Positions 1 to 12,161 of a DNA stretch of 64,000 bases are shown here, piece by piece; position 1 is the stretch's first letter, and each line of letters starts with the position of its first letter. The translations under genes were made by a program, and so were the position numbers. Source of the DNA: Tubiluchus corallicola (lineage: Eukaryota; Animalia; Priapulida). The notes under the pieces are model-generated. The model worked only from the letters and a program-made list of their open reading frames with translations. It had not been told where the DNA came from and made no database searches. The stretch spans positions 310,001 through 374,000 of the forward strand of contig JAQGDQ010000006.1 of NCBI GenBank assembly GCA_030141605.1, read 5' to 3'.

Positions 1-784
1 ATTTTTTTATATTCATTGAGTTCATTATAAAGTGGTTACTTATCAGCTGCTTGAGCAAAGAAAAAGCACTGCATGTTAACAGTTAGGTTAAATGTAAACA
101 AGCAAAACAAGAATTTTCACTTCTTTAAAACCATCACGAATGAAACTATTTAAACAAGTTACAACGTAACCGTGATTAGTGGGTAAATTTCATTCAGTAA
201 CAAACAACATTTTAGGTATCATTAAACAACTTCCATATTGAAAAAATATACATAATAATGAACCCAGGATGCTGTCAAGCAGCAGTGCATATAAAATATA
301 AAATTTAATTACAAGTCATTATTTAGATGACAGCATACAATTACTGAACAGACTGTAACAAAACAAAAGCTTGGCTGCAACCTGTGAAAAATCATTGAGC
401 TTGTTAAAAACTGAACAATGTTATGGAAATTCAGCTGTATATAATAAAAATTTACCATGAATTACATCATAAATATATACAATGTAGTCATGCAAAATGT
501 GATATACATATTATCATACAAACTGTGACCTTCATTAATGCAACACAATTATAATCAAACTATACGTACACATATGCGACATTGAAGCAATGGTGCAAAT
601 ATTACACAGTTAAATGTACAGTACCATGGCGTTTCAGGTTGTCTACAAAAACGTATGACAAACAATTTTATTGAAACTGCATCATTCATAGACAGTGCAC
701 CAAAATATCTATTTACATGATTTTCAAGGAAACTACATTTGAGTATCATACAATTACATATGCCTGAGCCTGACTGATACACAA

Positions 785-956
785 TTACTTGGATGGGTTT
801 AGTTCAAGTGATTTTTTACACATTTCTAATGCTCCCTTGTAAGTTTTATTCCCTCCACAGAAGCCATTGGCATGTACAAACACACAATCAGGAATACCTG
901 TTACTTTACTCAGTTCTTCATCCCGTAAACCTCGCCATTCCTCCGGGAAAGGAAGC
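785..956 (-). CDS. MYG1: MYG1 last coding exon
   Basis: [56 protein letters not shown], stop TAA at 787-785. Confidence 0.95.
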
Positions 957-3900
957 CTATATTACACACATTCATATAAACACAAGCAATAAACCTGGAA
1001 CTTCACTAATCATAATATAATTGCTGCTGTAACTTTTGGTGTGTGGATAATGTGGTGTGTCACTGAGCGTGCAAACACAATAGAGTTGTCAGATTGATGA
1101 TATTATAATGATTCTGTAATAATACAGAAAATTAAAAGTATTAGACCTCATTCTAATACCACTAGAAAACAAACATTTTACACAATTATTGTCCATCTGT
1201 AATGATCCGACACTGTATAAATTGGTTGCAGCAATGAACTAGATTCAAAGCTAGTGCAAATATAGGCTAGCGAAAACCCAAAATATTTTGTTGGCAACTT
1301 TACTGTCTTCTAGTCGTGCCACTGGTCTGACAAATCAATATGCCTAAAGCATTAACACTGTCTATGAACTATCATGCTTTCTTTCTTGCTGATACTATGC
1401 TTTCAATATGACGATATGTGTCACAATTTATATAATAGTATTATTTAACAATTGTGAAACTAATACCTGCAGTGGAAGCAATTAGGAAATAATGGAGCAC
1501 TCTGGTTGATCCAAGTGCTACCTTCTGCGTACAAGACATACTTAATTTCTTGTTCTATTCCCAAAGAAAATTCAAGAGAAAATAAGTGATCCTCCCAAGG
1601 AAGCAAGCGATTAAAAACAACAACTTCGCCACTTGCATAAGCCTGATAAAATAAAAAGAATATTACCTGTTTGTAAACGTATGAGAATCAACTGGAACAC
1701 ATTGATTACGCCAGGTGTCATGCTCTTCATCAGCAAACAGAACATATTTTATTGGAACATCCACCTTCAGCTTAACTTCAAGGTCAAATAGATGATCTTT
1801 CCAAGGACAGCCAGTCTGCTTGAAGGATATTATCTCCCCCGTTTTGTGAACCTATTGCCCAACAAGAATTATTCTTTGGCGTGAAACAGACTAAATCTAG
1901 TGATAGCATTTTCTTTCAACAGGAATCCAATTTTCCACAGGTGCAGCAATGTACTTATGTATAATCAGGAAGTCATATAATATAACACATTGTCAACATA
2001 CTGTCAAGAGCAGCAAACCTAAACACTTTGAAACAAATGACAATGAAAATCGTTGTTTGCACATACATGTGCATGTACCACTTCACCAAATATAGACAAA
2101 AACTTAAAAATAAATTCAAATTATTTTAAGCCTAAGAAAACAAAAGGGAAAATTTCAAAGAAAAAAGTAAGGTTGATGAAAAAAGTAACACTTGTGTATT
2201 TTAAATATTAAAGAAACATCATAGATTTATGGATAACAGTGCGACACATAACTTGCAATATAACAAGTAAGTCTGAAATGAATCTCACACAAAAGACCAT
2301 TGGATTACAGCCATATCAAGGCTGTAATAAAATGGTCTTTTGTAATAAATTGGTAATAAAATAGTTCAGAACCGACATTATTACACTGATTCTATCAAAA
2401 TTTAATATTTAATACTACTGCACCTTCTTTCTGCCCTTTATTGCTTTTTCTACTAATTCTCTAGCAGGCCACCATACATTCTGATAAAACTTCACCTTTG
2501 ATTCAAATTCACTACCAACCATTTTCATAGCAGCTTCAAATCCAGCCTAAAAACAAAGACTGGCAGTTAATAACAGTGTACAATTTCAGAGTGGCTACCT
2601 AAATCAGGTTAAACAAGGTGTAAAGTTGATATTTCTCTTTAATAAAACCTGAATGAAAAATCTAGTAGATGTTACTTGTTACAGGTGACGGTATTCATGT
2701 GAAACAAGTGATAACACATTCAGCTTAAAAAATTTAAACTTAATCATCACTAATATTTATGAAACTAAACCAAAAATGATACCACACATATTGCTCTAGA
2801 ATCTAGATGTTCAAAAAAAGGTAATCGCTACAATTAACATAAGTAAAACAAAAGCTATGGCATAAAAAAGAATCCTCTCATTTAACAGATCCTATACACT
2901 GCGCTGATGTGTGCAGTTTTGTTGGTTTTACAATCGAGAACACAAATTTTCATTTGCAGAAAAGGCACAGGTTAGAATTTAATTTTAGGTTATCCCAAGC
3001 CATCTTCAAAGGTAAATGGCAGTTTCATAATAACCAAAATATAGCTCGTCCCGGTCCAAAGCGCAAGCCAGAAGTGTAACACATCGAGCATTCATTTGTC
3101 AAGCTGGACAACTTCTAGTTAAAGAAACAACAAATTGGCATGTCTGGTAACATATTCACCATAAAAAATAATTCTTGTAAAAAGACTAGCTACTTGTCAT
3201 ATTTGTTTTGTTTATAATATAAAAAGTTTATTATCTGTTCACAGAACACAACACTTTCAAAAAGAACTTTATTAAAGGTAGAAAATAGAAATTCGTAGCT
3301 ATGATAATTACAGTTTCATCATGATTCGGATCATTCCAAGCAGCATTTAAATGCTTTACCCTTGCGCTGAGGTTAGTGGTTATCGCATACCTATACAATG
3401 ACAAAAATAAGCAAATAAACAATGGTAACTGAAACGAGAAAGAGAGCTGAAAAAAGCAATATGCATGTAGGGTGATTATGTCAAACTTTGCAGTCAAAGT
3501 CGAGGTAAACTTGTGTGACATAATGATTTTCTCCCTACTAGTAGTACTCTCTGTGCCATGTTCAATTGACTAGATCATGCTGGCTTTGAAAACGTAATGC
3601 TAAAAAGGGTTCACTCGGTACTTAATGCAAGACTAACCCAGCCTTCCAGGTCAAAAACAAAGACACATGTGTAATAGTTATTCCCTTCACTAGTACAACT
3701 CATGTGCCGTATTTGATGGACTGACGAAGTTTCCACTTAATTCTTTACTGACACTTTGTTCAGCTGAGGCTAAGACAATTATCTCGAGCTTTTAAGTATT
3801 TTATAAAATGCAATACACTTAAACATGGACTGTAAAGAACAAAAATCATATATTCTAAAACACGCAATGATGATAATTTTACCTTTTCTTTTCATCATTT

Positions 3901-6900
3901 TGTTCAATGCCATTGTCAATTGCATCTATCTCTTCAACGAAGTTCTCATACATTTTATCATAGAGTACTCTTGTTATATCATCATCTAAACCAGTCCTAT
4001 AAAATAAATTTCCTCCTATTGATCATCCAGAAAAGAGGATTTCAATAATTTTATGACAAAACTGGAGTGACGATCGCAGGTAATGTGATGTATGTGCGAG
4101 TCTAAAAATTTCTGATCATTTAACCCTTTCCCGCAAGTAGCCAAGTGGCTGTGTCGTGCATAGGCAAAGTGGCTGCTTCCTTGTGATGTTAATTATGGCT
4201 ACATACTTCTAATTTGTCATCTTTCATTGTCATCATGCATTTCTGTTTGTCATGTCATATGTAAAATGCACGTACAATAACTCAATATCTAACAATTCCT
4301 TTTATGGCAAAGCTGGAATTACAAAAGAAAACAATTACTAACCACTTGTCATATTGTTGATAACAGTGAAATGAACTACATCCTACCGAGGTAAAAAATA
4401 AAAAAATCCACACCAACAATTTCAGCTACTGCAGTTACACAGTAATAAGTGAATTTGATAAAAATGAAAATAAAACAACTTACAGATAAACAATTAGAAA
4501 AAATGTCTGGTGATTACGAAATTTGTTTTTAATGTGCGATACATGGTGTGTTGTTTAAAAATGCTGACTGCCAATGCATTATTGTAATGCTTTTATTCTA
4601 ATATGTGATAACAAACTTTAACATTAAAAAATTGTTATTACTTTTCAAAACCATATATTATCAAGCTAATTCATAACCTCCCATCTGATGCTTCAAGCAG
4701 CTTGCCAGCAAGACCAGCGCCAGGCTTCCTGCCAGGGCATAAAAAAGCCTTATCATGCGAAGAAGTTGATATTTGTAATGACACCGGCCAGAATGTCATA
4801 AATAAATTCATAAATCAATGAAAATCTTGAAAAAATCAAGTTAGTGCAGGACAAAAACATCTGATAATCTCTATAATTTTTCTATAGACTTGAAACCATC
4901 TGGCCAGTAAGAGTGTACTGTACATATACAGTAAAAGTTTGCTTAACATGGATTTGATGAATCTGGATTTGCCATTATATGGTTCAAATTTCAATCTCGA
5001 AGGGCACGCATACATAATATATATTAAATAACAAAATCAACAATAATTACTTTGATAATCAGACATACGAGTTAAATAGATCTGATTTATCATAAGCATG
5101 CCAGTCGATTGAAGATTGAAAACTTACTTCAAGATATGACTAATAACTCTTTCACCAAAATACACCCAGACAAGACCTGCACTGCTCAACTTTGTTGTCC
5201 ATTTCTTTGACGGAAGTAAACTGTTGAATGTTGCATCGAAAGTCCTGAAAATAAAACCAGTAGTAAAAGTATAAAATATATTTTTAGCTGTGATAAATTT
5301 ATATTATTTAACAGTAATGCAAAAATTTATTATCACAGGCAAAACACTTAAGAAAAAGAGAAATATAACTTATACAAAGCTAAAATATAAAACAAACAGG
5401 GCTAAATAATTTCGCATACAATTTTCGAACCTATGTAACAAATCATCAGCTAACTGAAGTTAAAGGTAATAAGGCCTACAGAACATCAATTTCTATACGT
5501 TCAGCTTAATAATTTTAGCGTTGTCTACTTTGTGAGTGATGGATTTTTACCATTACGTGGCACAAAATTACACAGGTTTTTATCATTCCAGAACAAACCT
5601 TGTGCGATAGAATGCAGGTACTGGAAATGTAGTTACATAAATTTGTTTGCATAAACAGTATTTCTCAAAGTGTCTTAAAATCATTTGCAACAAGTAATTA
5701 CAATCAAACAAATTGAAGTATTGTAAAAAACTACCAAATTTCCATCTGACACATCGATGTACTCATATGCCATGCTACCCTAGCATGACAAATTAATCTA
5801 ATTTTTTAGCAACTTTACAATTACGAATATTCACCTTACTACACTGGCCTAATGTATGTAAAAAAGTTTAAGTAGTGAATCTCAATTAAAAAACCTTTGA
5901 TGGTGGTCGTATCTGTGAAGATTTGGATCAAAAACTCCTCCTACATCAACAACTACTTCACACATTTCCAGTTTTTCAGGGTCTCTTGTCCTGAAAAAAA
6001 ATGTAGGTAAGTATGAGTAATATATCATAAGCAGTTTAAGTTACATAGCATTATGAAGTAATGGCAAGTTGCCAACAAGCAGGTGAACAAATTTACCACA
6101 TATTTAAATAAATTTTGATTTATAATCAAATTCGATTTTCCTTTTGGAATTCTGTGACTTTAGTTTCACATCTGACTTTAGTTTACAAATCCCTACACAA
6201 ATCTAAAAACCTAACATTAAACACCAACCCTAATTCTGACACTAGTCCTAACCCTAACCCTAATCCATTTCACAAACTAATTTCTTGTGTGTGGGGAATT
6301 GTAAACTTCAGCCCCGACATTAATCAACATCTACTTTTGCAGCAACAACGTGTATTACCATCTACTTTCTTCAGCATCTACTAGTATTTACATCTACGTG
6401 TATTTTATGCAACAACTGGTTTGTATCTTCCTGGCAAATTACACTTGCCAGGAATAAGGCCACATTAATCATATCAGCAACGATTGGTTTCCGATTGTTA
6501 TGCCTTAGGTTTTATGTTTCTTCTCATGAGCATATTGTTAGATACTTGTTGTTCTTAAAAATACTTACACTTATACTTATTTTTGCAAATGCCTGTAAAA
6601 CGTTACCAGGAATTAATAATTCATTATTACACGTTAGAAAATTCAATTTTGTCATAATTATCTTTTCGGGGGAGCAAAATTCTGTGTGCACTCTTTGATT
6701 TTCCAGATTTTCCATCGTTTGCCTGGCGCTGAAGAAGAACTGAAACGTTTAAGGAGTTGCAATTATTTCAGAAACATCATAGATCTTTGCAGAAAGTTGT
6801 GAGTTCTCAGTTTTGCTTCATCAAGTCAGTTTGTCAAATTGCTTGGTTCAAAAGTTCTGTTTTCGGCTTCAATGTGCAGATAGGGATCTCTTGTCTGAGG

Positions 6901-7926
6901 ATTCTTTCTTCTGGATTAGATTTAGATTCATTGATTGTTGGTTTTACGGAAGTGCTGTATTTGTCATTGTGCCCGATTTTAAGCGTAAAAGATCATATCA
7001 CACTCATGTTACTTGTCAGAAGTGCAAGAGATTGATGCTAACTACAAAAACGAACATGTTAAGCGAACGCATCCTGGCGAAAGTGTGCAATTCATCCCTG
7101 TTGTGGAGGTCAGCCAGCGCCGACTAAGTTTCGGTCATCCAACCTCAAGTGTCTGTGCATAGCTGCATTCTTAATTCTTGCATCTTGCTGATTTGACAGA
7201 TTATGTAACCGATTCGTATATCAGTCATGAAATATGGACAATTCCTCTTTACTGGCCCATTGCTCTATCATCGCAGTCATTCAATGTTCACTGGAAGTAA
7301 ACTGTTCTGTTCTGGAAGTTATCGCCACACTTCTGGTTCTTAGGACACTGTTTTTACCATAATCAATGACAATCTTTGAAACTAATGACCCAGGTGCTTG
7401 AGCATAATCGAACAAGCACAGCTTATCAAGATATCTGGCCACATAGATCATATCATGTGTTGTGCATCACATTTCAATATGGCTAATAAATAATGTTGAT
7501 CAGCTTCATGAGTTCAGTCTTATGCCATCAGAAATGACGCCTTTTTTATTTGTTATCTGGAATTTAGTAAGGTTGTACTTGTTAAAACGGGGCCTAAAAA
7601 ATCGGGTGAAACTCTAAGAATTCCGGCAAAGAATCCTCTGCCCCCCTAAAAATTCAGGGACTCCATACGGCCACATAGTTAAGATGAATTTGTAGAAACT
7701 TGGTGCTTCAAATCTCTCTGTTTACAAAAGGCTACCTGGTAATTTCAGCAACATGATATTCCGGCAGCTGCTTTAACATCCATATGGCAAGAACTTCATC
7801 ACAATGAAAAGTACCATCATGTGTTCCTAGATGGCGAGGATGAGATTTCTTGTAGAGAATGGGAACATCCTCTTTATCCCCCTCTGCTGCTAAACCATCT
7901 TTTACACCATCACCAGCTTCTGACAT
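785..7926 (-). CDS. MYG1: MYG1 (UPF0160) DHH-family 3'-5' exonuclease, spliced gene, about 358 aa (355 aa with alternative exon 7b)
   Basis: Coding exons 7926-7736, 5990-5895, 5244-5128, 3996-3883, 3390-3312, 2546-2424, 1851-1667 (or 1642-1467), 956-785 join in frame with GT-AG boundaries. Family motifs [57 protein letters not shown]. Confidence 0.95.
1467..1642 (-). CDS. MYG1: MYG1 coding exon 7b (duplicated alternative exon)
   Basis: [59 protein letters not shown]; 176 nt, phase 0 to phase 2; acceptor TTTTATTTTATCAG, donor AG|GTATTAG; clearly paralogous to exon 7a. Confidence 0.8.
1667..1851 (-). CDS. MYG1: MYG1 coding exon 7a (canonical-like member of a mutually exclusive pair)
   Basis: [62 protein letters not shown]; 185 nt, phase 0 to phase 2. 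Confidence 0.92.
2424..2546 (-). CDS. MYG1: MYG1 coding exon 6
   Basis: [41 protein letters not shown]. Confidence 0.9.
3312..3390 (-). CDS. MYG1: MYG1 coding exon 5
   Basis: [26 protein letters not shown]. Confidence 0.9.
3883..3996 (-). CDS. MYG1: MYG1 coding exon 4
   Basis: [38 protein letters not shown]. Confidence 0.95.
5128..5244 (-). CDS. MYG1: MYG1 coding exon 3
   Basis: [38 protein letters not shown]; donor GTAAG. Confidence 0.95.
5895..5990 (-). CDS. MYG1: MYG1 coding exon 2
   Basis: [32 protein letters not shown], contains the DHH motif. Confidence 0.95.
7736..7926 (-). CDS. MYG1: MYG1 coding exon 1
   Basis: MSEAG...[32 protein letters not shown]; acceptor AG at 7952-7951, donor GT at 7735-7734. 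Confidence 0.9.
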
Positions 7927-8179
7927 TATGATTGTTTGCAATAACACAACCTAAAAAAATAAAAACTAATGGCTTATTTTGTTAAGTCAAATTTGCACTT
8001 AGATTTAAAAAGGCAGGACAGGAAGAAAATTATAGAAACACCTTAGGTTTCTGGTTATGTTAAACTCAAACACGGTTGTGTGGTTCATAGCCAAACACGT
8101 GCACACAGCTAGTCCAGTGGCTGTGGGTTACCTCAGACACCTATCTTTGATAATAGGCTACGCTCCGATCATACCACCG

Positions 8180-8760
8180 AAAAGCTGAATTTCCTCCGCA
8201 AAGTTTCGTCTAAGCTCCAGTTTGCCATTACGACAATTGTGAGGTGACCTGCATAGCTGAATCAATTACAACCCAGATCTCAAACTTGTTCCTCATATCA
8301 GAGGCCGGTGCAGTTAGGCCAATCTCTTGCAACATTACAATTCCATGGTCAGTTTTATTCACATGAGTAAATCTAGTGAGAGTGAAGCAGTTCTGAATCA
8401 TGTCTCAGTGACATTACTCCATGACATAGCCAATAAGCGCAGTGTGTTGAGAAGGCAAGCTGGGTCATCAGAATCCATCGCTTTTAAATCTCTCATCGGC
8501 ATTTCTGTTCTGTAGTAAGCCCTTAGTGCTCGAATGCCTTGATCATGTGGCCGAATGAGCTATGAGGTGTTTGCTGGCAAAAAATCAATTTTAAGATGTT
8601 TTAATGGTGCACTAACTATATGAGTAGCACAATTGTCTACCAGTAAAATTATGTTTTCGCTCTAAACTCGCATTCCATTTTGCTACCATTCATGAACAAT
8701 ACAGCTGACATCCAAGCATTTGAGTTTGCATGGTAATCTGCCGGTAACTTGCAACACCTT
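8180..8760 (-). pseudogene. Decayed pogo/Tigger (DDE_1) transposase fragment
   Basis: Minus-strand translation, with frameshifts and stops, gives LPADYHANSNAWM..., IILLVDNCATH, LKIDFLPANTS*LIRPHDQGIRALRAYYR, matching the Tigger/CENP-B DDE motifs LLxDN..H and FLPxNTT..QP.DQG. Boundaries approximate. Confidence 0.8.
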
Positions 8761-9069
8761 ACTATACTGTATCTGCATCCATGGCATAACAGCAACAGCT
8801 AATTAATAATTTGTGAAAGGCAGTGAAGGTTTCAAAAGTAAACCACTGGGCAAGTGATTAAATGTTTTGCCTCAAGGGTAATGAGTAATTGCAGTGGATG
8901 GCCGTGTCAAAGCAAAACTGCTAGCGTAGTATATTAGTGCATGACAAACATTCCTGCTTACAAACAAAACCGTACTTAATATGAAATACAATACCAAATA
9001 CAATACCCTAATATAATACCAAAAGTCAAAACTTTTACAAAAGTGTCTTATTGAAACACGGGGTTGAAG

Positions 9070-9167
9070 CAAATATATTGAGTCAATTACGTGGAGTTAT
9101 TTGAGAAGCAGCCTGTACCAGGCGTTTTTGAGTCAATTAAGCAATTGAGTCTAATAAGCACCTACTG
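9070..9167. mobile_element. Terminal fragment of a pogo/Tigger-like element
   Basis: ttgagtcaatta...tttttgagtcaattaagc...ctaataagcacctactg-TA closely resembles the right end of the element at 16439-17226. Confidence 0.65.
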
Positions 9168-9859
9168 TATCCTTGATATATATCTCATATACACATGCAC
9201 ATATAATTATTAATAAATCACAAACATTGCAAATGCAAATAAGAATGTGAAAATAATACATGGCAGCACATTAATCTTCTTGCTCCACCGAACTATTGTG
9301 TTTAAATTTGAGTGTGCTGATTGCTAAATAAGCCAAATTCTCATTATATTCATCAGTTTCAAGTATGTCTGAATATGGAATGCCGTTATTTTGCTGTTTT
9401 ACAAAAGAAGTGACTGTTGGTCGGGGTCCTAATTTTTTTCCTTTCCAGTATTGCCACTTTTGCTGGTTTGTTAGGCTTTCACATAGAAACTGGTACAAAA
9501 TTTAAAAAAAAACACCTAGTTCTAAACTGCAAGCGAGCCCGAAAAACCTAACTAATCAGTCTAATTAACTACAACAATCACAATATTAATTATACACACA
9601 ACAGACTTAAGCTTAATTAGAGACCGTGCTTTCCTGCAAACGGTGCTGCAAATTAAAAAGCGCTTTATCAGGAAATATTGCAGCTTTGCGCTTTATTCCG
9701 AAGTTCACAAAAGCATGTGCTTTCAATAACTGTAATTTCAAGGCAGAACAAAACATTAAGCAGACATAATTTTGAATACGGAAAGCTTGCGGTTATAATT
9801 ACAACGTTAGAATTGAAATCAAATTAAAACAAAAACTTAATAGACATCCAAACAGTGGC

Positions 9860-10170
9860 AAGCGGGGTAACACGTGCTTCGTGTTTTCTTGTAATATCGT
9901 CCGCCAGTTCTCTGACGAGGATAAGCTCACATTCGCATTTAGTGCTTTCATTCTAACACTATGACTAACGCTATTTTTCGATCGTTACTCTTAAATTCTC
10001 AAAGCAGCTAAACTGGAATGGTGCGTGAACGTCATTTGTCTGTTACCCAGTCCACAACCAAGAATGTCCACGCGATATCATAAAGGAACAAGCTGCTAGG
10101 TATGATTATTAGAGTGCATTTAACACAACAGTAAATTTTTACAATCTTTCCATATAACCGGGTAAGAGAG
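9860..10170. promoter_or_regulatory. Putative bidirectional promoter and first exons of MYG1 and RAB18
   Basis: Both genes have a splice acceptor just upstream of their first clear coding exon, so 5' exons lie between them. This segment is CpG-enriched and has a minus-strand donor (AAT|GTGAGC, 9930) and plus-strand donor candidates (TAG|GTATGA near 10099, CGG|GTAAGA near 10162). Confidence 0.45.
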
Positions 10171-10192
10171 GTGGCTTCATGACTCTGACAGC

Positions 10193-10672
10193 TAGGGGTG
10201 AACATTCTCTGATTCGAATCGAATTTGTGACTTTCGAATTCGAATCAAAGTGAATTCTAAGCTTTAAAAAACAGATTGCGAACGTGGATGGATTTTACAG
10301 AAAAAGACTTCAATGAGACATCTCTAATTTTGAAAGATACCAAAAGAACGCACTGTTTGGTGGCAGAAAGTGGATGGTGTAATATGACATTGGATGATTG
10401 ATACTCATCATTATGATGTATGATAATAAAACACACACTAATTATACTGTTTCAAAATTGCGTGCAATACAGCACCTCTAATTAATGTCCAGAAATCATA
10501 ATTAAATTGTGCTGGCTACATGTTGCTCAGATGTTTTAATGACAGAGAAAGTATGTAGTTGAAGTGCTGCAATACTCGAATCTATAATTTTAGGTACGAA
10601 TAGACTTCCCAACTGATTCTCAATTGAATTCTCTTTCGGTTCAAATGTTCGGTTTGATGGCCCTCCACTACT
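10193..10672. mobile_element. Possible hAT-like MITE with TTCGA subterminal repeats
   Basis: Begins TAGGGGTG followed by repeated ttcgaat units; degenerate right end with ttcgg repeats and ...ctccacta. Confidence 0.35.
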
Positions 10673-11563
10673 GATGGCAACTAGTGTCACTTGCAAATGC
10701 AGAAGTAATGGAACTAGCGTTTACTTCTCAGGCTGGAAATCTATTTCTTATCCTCATTATTCAAGGGTAAAAGGAATATAATATATAGGGGAGGACACTT
10801 GAATATATTTGTAGTGGTGGCATTCACAGGTGAGCAAGGAAGATGGCATACTGCACGCAGAAAAAAGTGTAGTTCTACAGCTAGGATTGGGTCACGTAAT
10901 ACGCGCCAAGTGAAAAACTGACCCTAAAAATATGATTACTTATTTATACATTCTAGTAAGGTATTACTATGCTCTTAGATAATTTAAACAAAAAATTTAT
11001 GGGCAATAAAAGATTAAAATACATCATGATCAATTCAGTACTAAGTAGAATGTCAATGGACAAAAATACTTCACTTGCTTAATACTTAATACTTAACATT
11101 GCACCGTAAAAATCCAACCACACACTAAATAAAGTTGATGTAATCATGAAACAACATTACACTTTCTCCGAAGGGTGTACTTGCTAGCATGTCATAAATT
11201 ATGCTACCATTTACAAATTAATTTCTCTACTTTTCATTTGATGGACACTTCAATTTTCATTAGCTGTTTTTATAGTGCATCTTAATACAATCTAGCTATA
11301 TATGTTACTTCTTTACTTCTCAAGGACAGTTTTTCCCTCAATAACTCTGTCACATATACTATTGGGTTTAATTCCCATACATAAGCTTACTTAACTCTAT
11401 CACTTAATCTGCTGGTAAATTCTACAGCTCAGTCAACTAGCACTAATATCACTAAGCGAACTCAATGACAAAAAATGTGACCCCGTGTCATTTAAACGAT
11501 CTTGCAAACAAATATATTTTGCTGATTCCTGTCAGCTCACTGTCAATTTTGGTGAAGAGGATT

Positions 11564-11631
11564 TAGCGTATCCATTTGACAAATAAAGTATTATTATATT
11601 TAGTGATCTACATATATTACAATACACAATT

Positions 11632-11726
<95 letters not shown>

Positions 11727-11791
11727 ATTGCATATAGATCACTAAATAGGCCCTATAATAATACTTTATTTGTCATAAAATGGATACGCTA
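11564..11791. repeat. Long inverted repeat with a (TA)n(TG)n core
   Basis: Arms tagcgtatccatttgacaaataaagtattattat..tttagtgatcta and tagatcactaaa..ataataatactttatttgtca..aaatggatacgcta flank a microsatellite at about 11635-11723. Confidence 0.9.
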
Positions 11792-11838
11792 GAAAAATAT
11801 AATAAATTAAATAAAATAAATAATATACATATATATAA

Positions 11839-11884
11839 TGCGAGCTGATGATTTCGAGCGTGCTTTTCGCTTACGATTTTGATT

Positions 11885-11919
<35 letters not shown>

Positions 11920-11978
11920 TATATTATATATACATCAAAATCGTAAGCAAAAAGCACGCTCGAAATCATCAACTCGCA
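11839..11978. repeat. Inverted repeat with 45-bp arms and a (CT)n(TA)n core
   Basis: tgcgagctgatgatttcgagcgtgcttttcgcttacgattttgat matches the reverse complement of the right arm with 2 mismatches. Confidence 0.9.
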
Positions 11979-12090
11979 CGCTAATTCAAATCAAAGATTG
12001 ACTTTTTTTACAAATGATCGTGGGGTCGAGTGACTAAGTCTGAGTATGTAATAAACGATTGTAAATAATACTTTTACATTCATTTTCAGA

Positions 12091-12161
12091 ATGGACGAAG
12101 ACTCAATTTTAACTACTTTGAAAATACTAATTATAGGTGAAAGCGGTGTTGGTAAGTCAAG
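12091..12161 (+). CDS. RAB18: RAB18 coding exon 1
   Basis: [24 protein letters not shown]; donor GTGAGT; acceptor ttttcag one base before the ATG. Confidence 0.95.

Noticed and set aside
1643-1666. A 24-nt GT-AG micro-intron spliced constitutively to join MYG1 exons 7a and 7b
   Set aside because: Joining them shifts the frame to a premature TAG and would duplicate the same protein segment; mutually exclusive use fits better.
6225-6265. CCCTAA repeats as telomeric sequence (also near 43683-43695)
   Set aside because: Only 2-3 degenerate units inside intronic repeat-like DNA; such motifs are common within invertebrate transposons.
6495-7127. Overlapping ORFs of 63-104 aa in a MYG1 intron as a nested gene
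   Set aside because: No recognisable domain or splice structure; probably a decayed repeat that I cannot assign.
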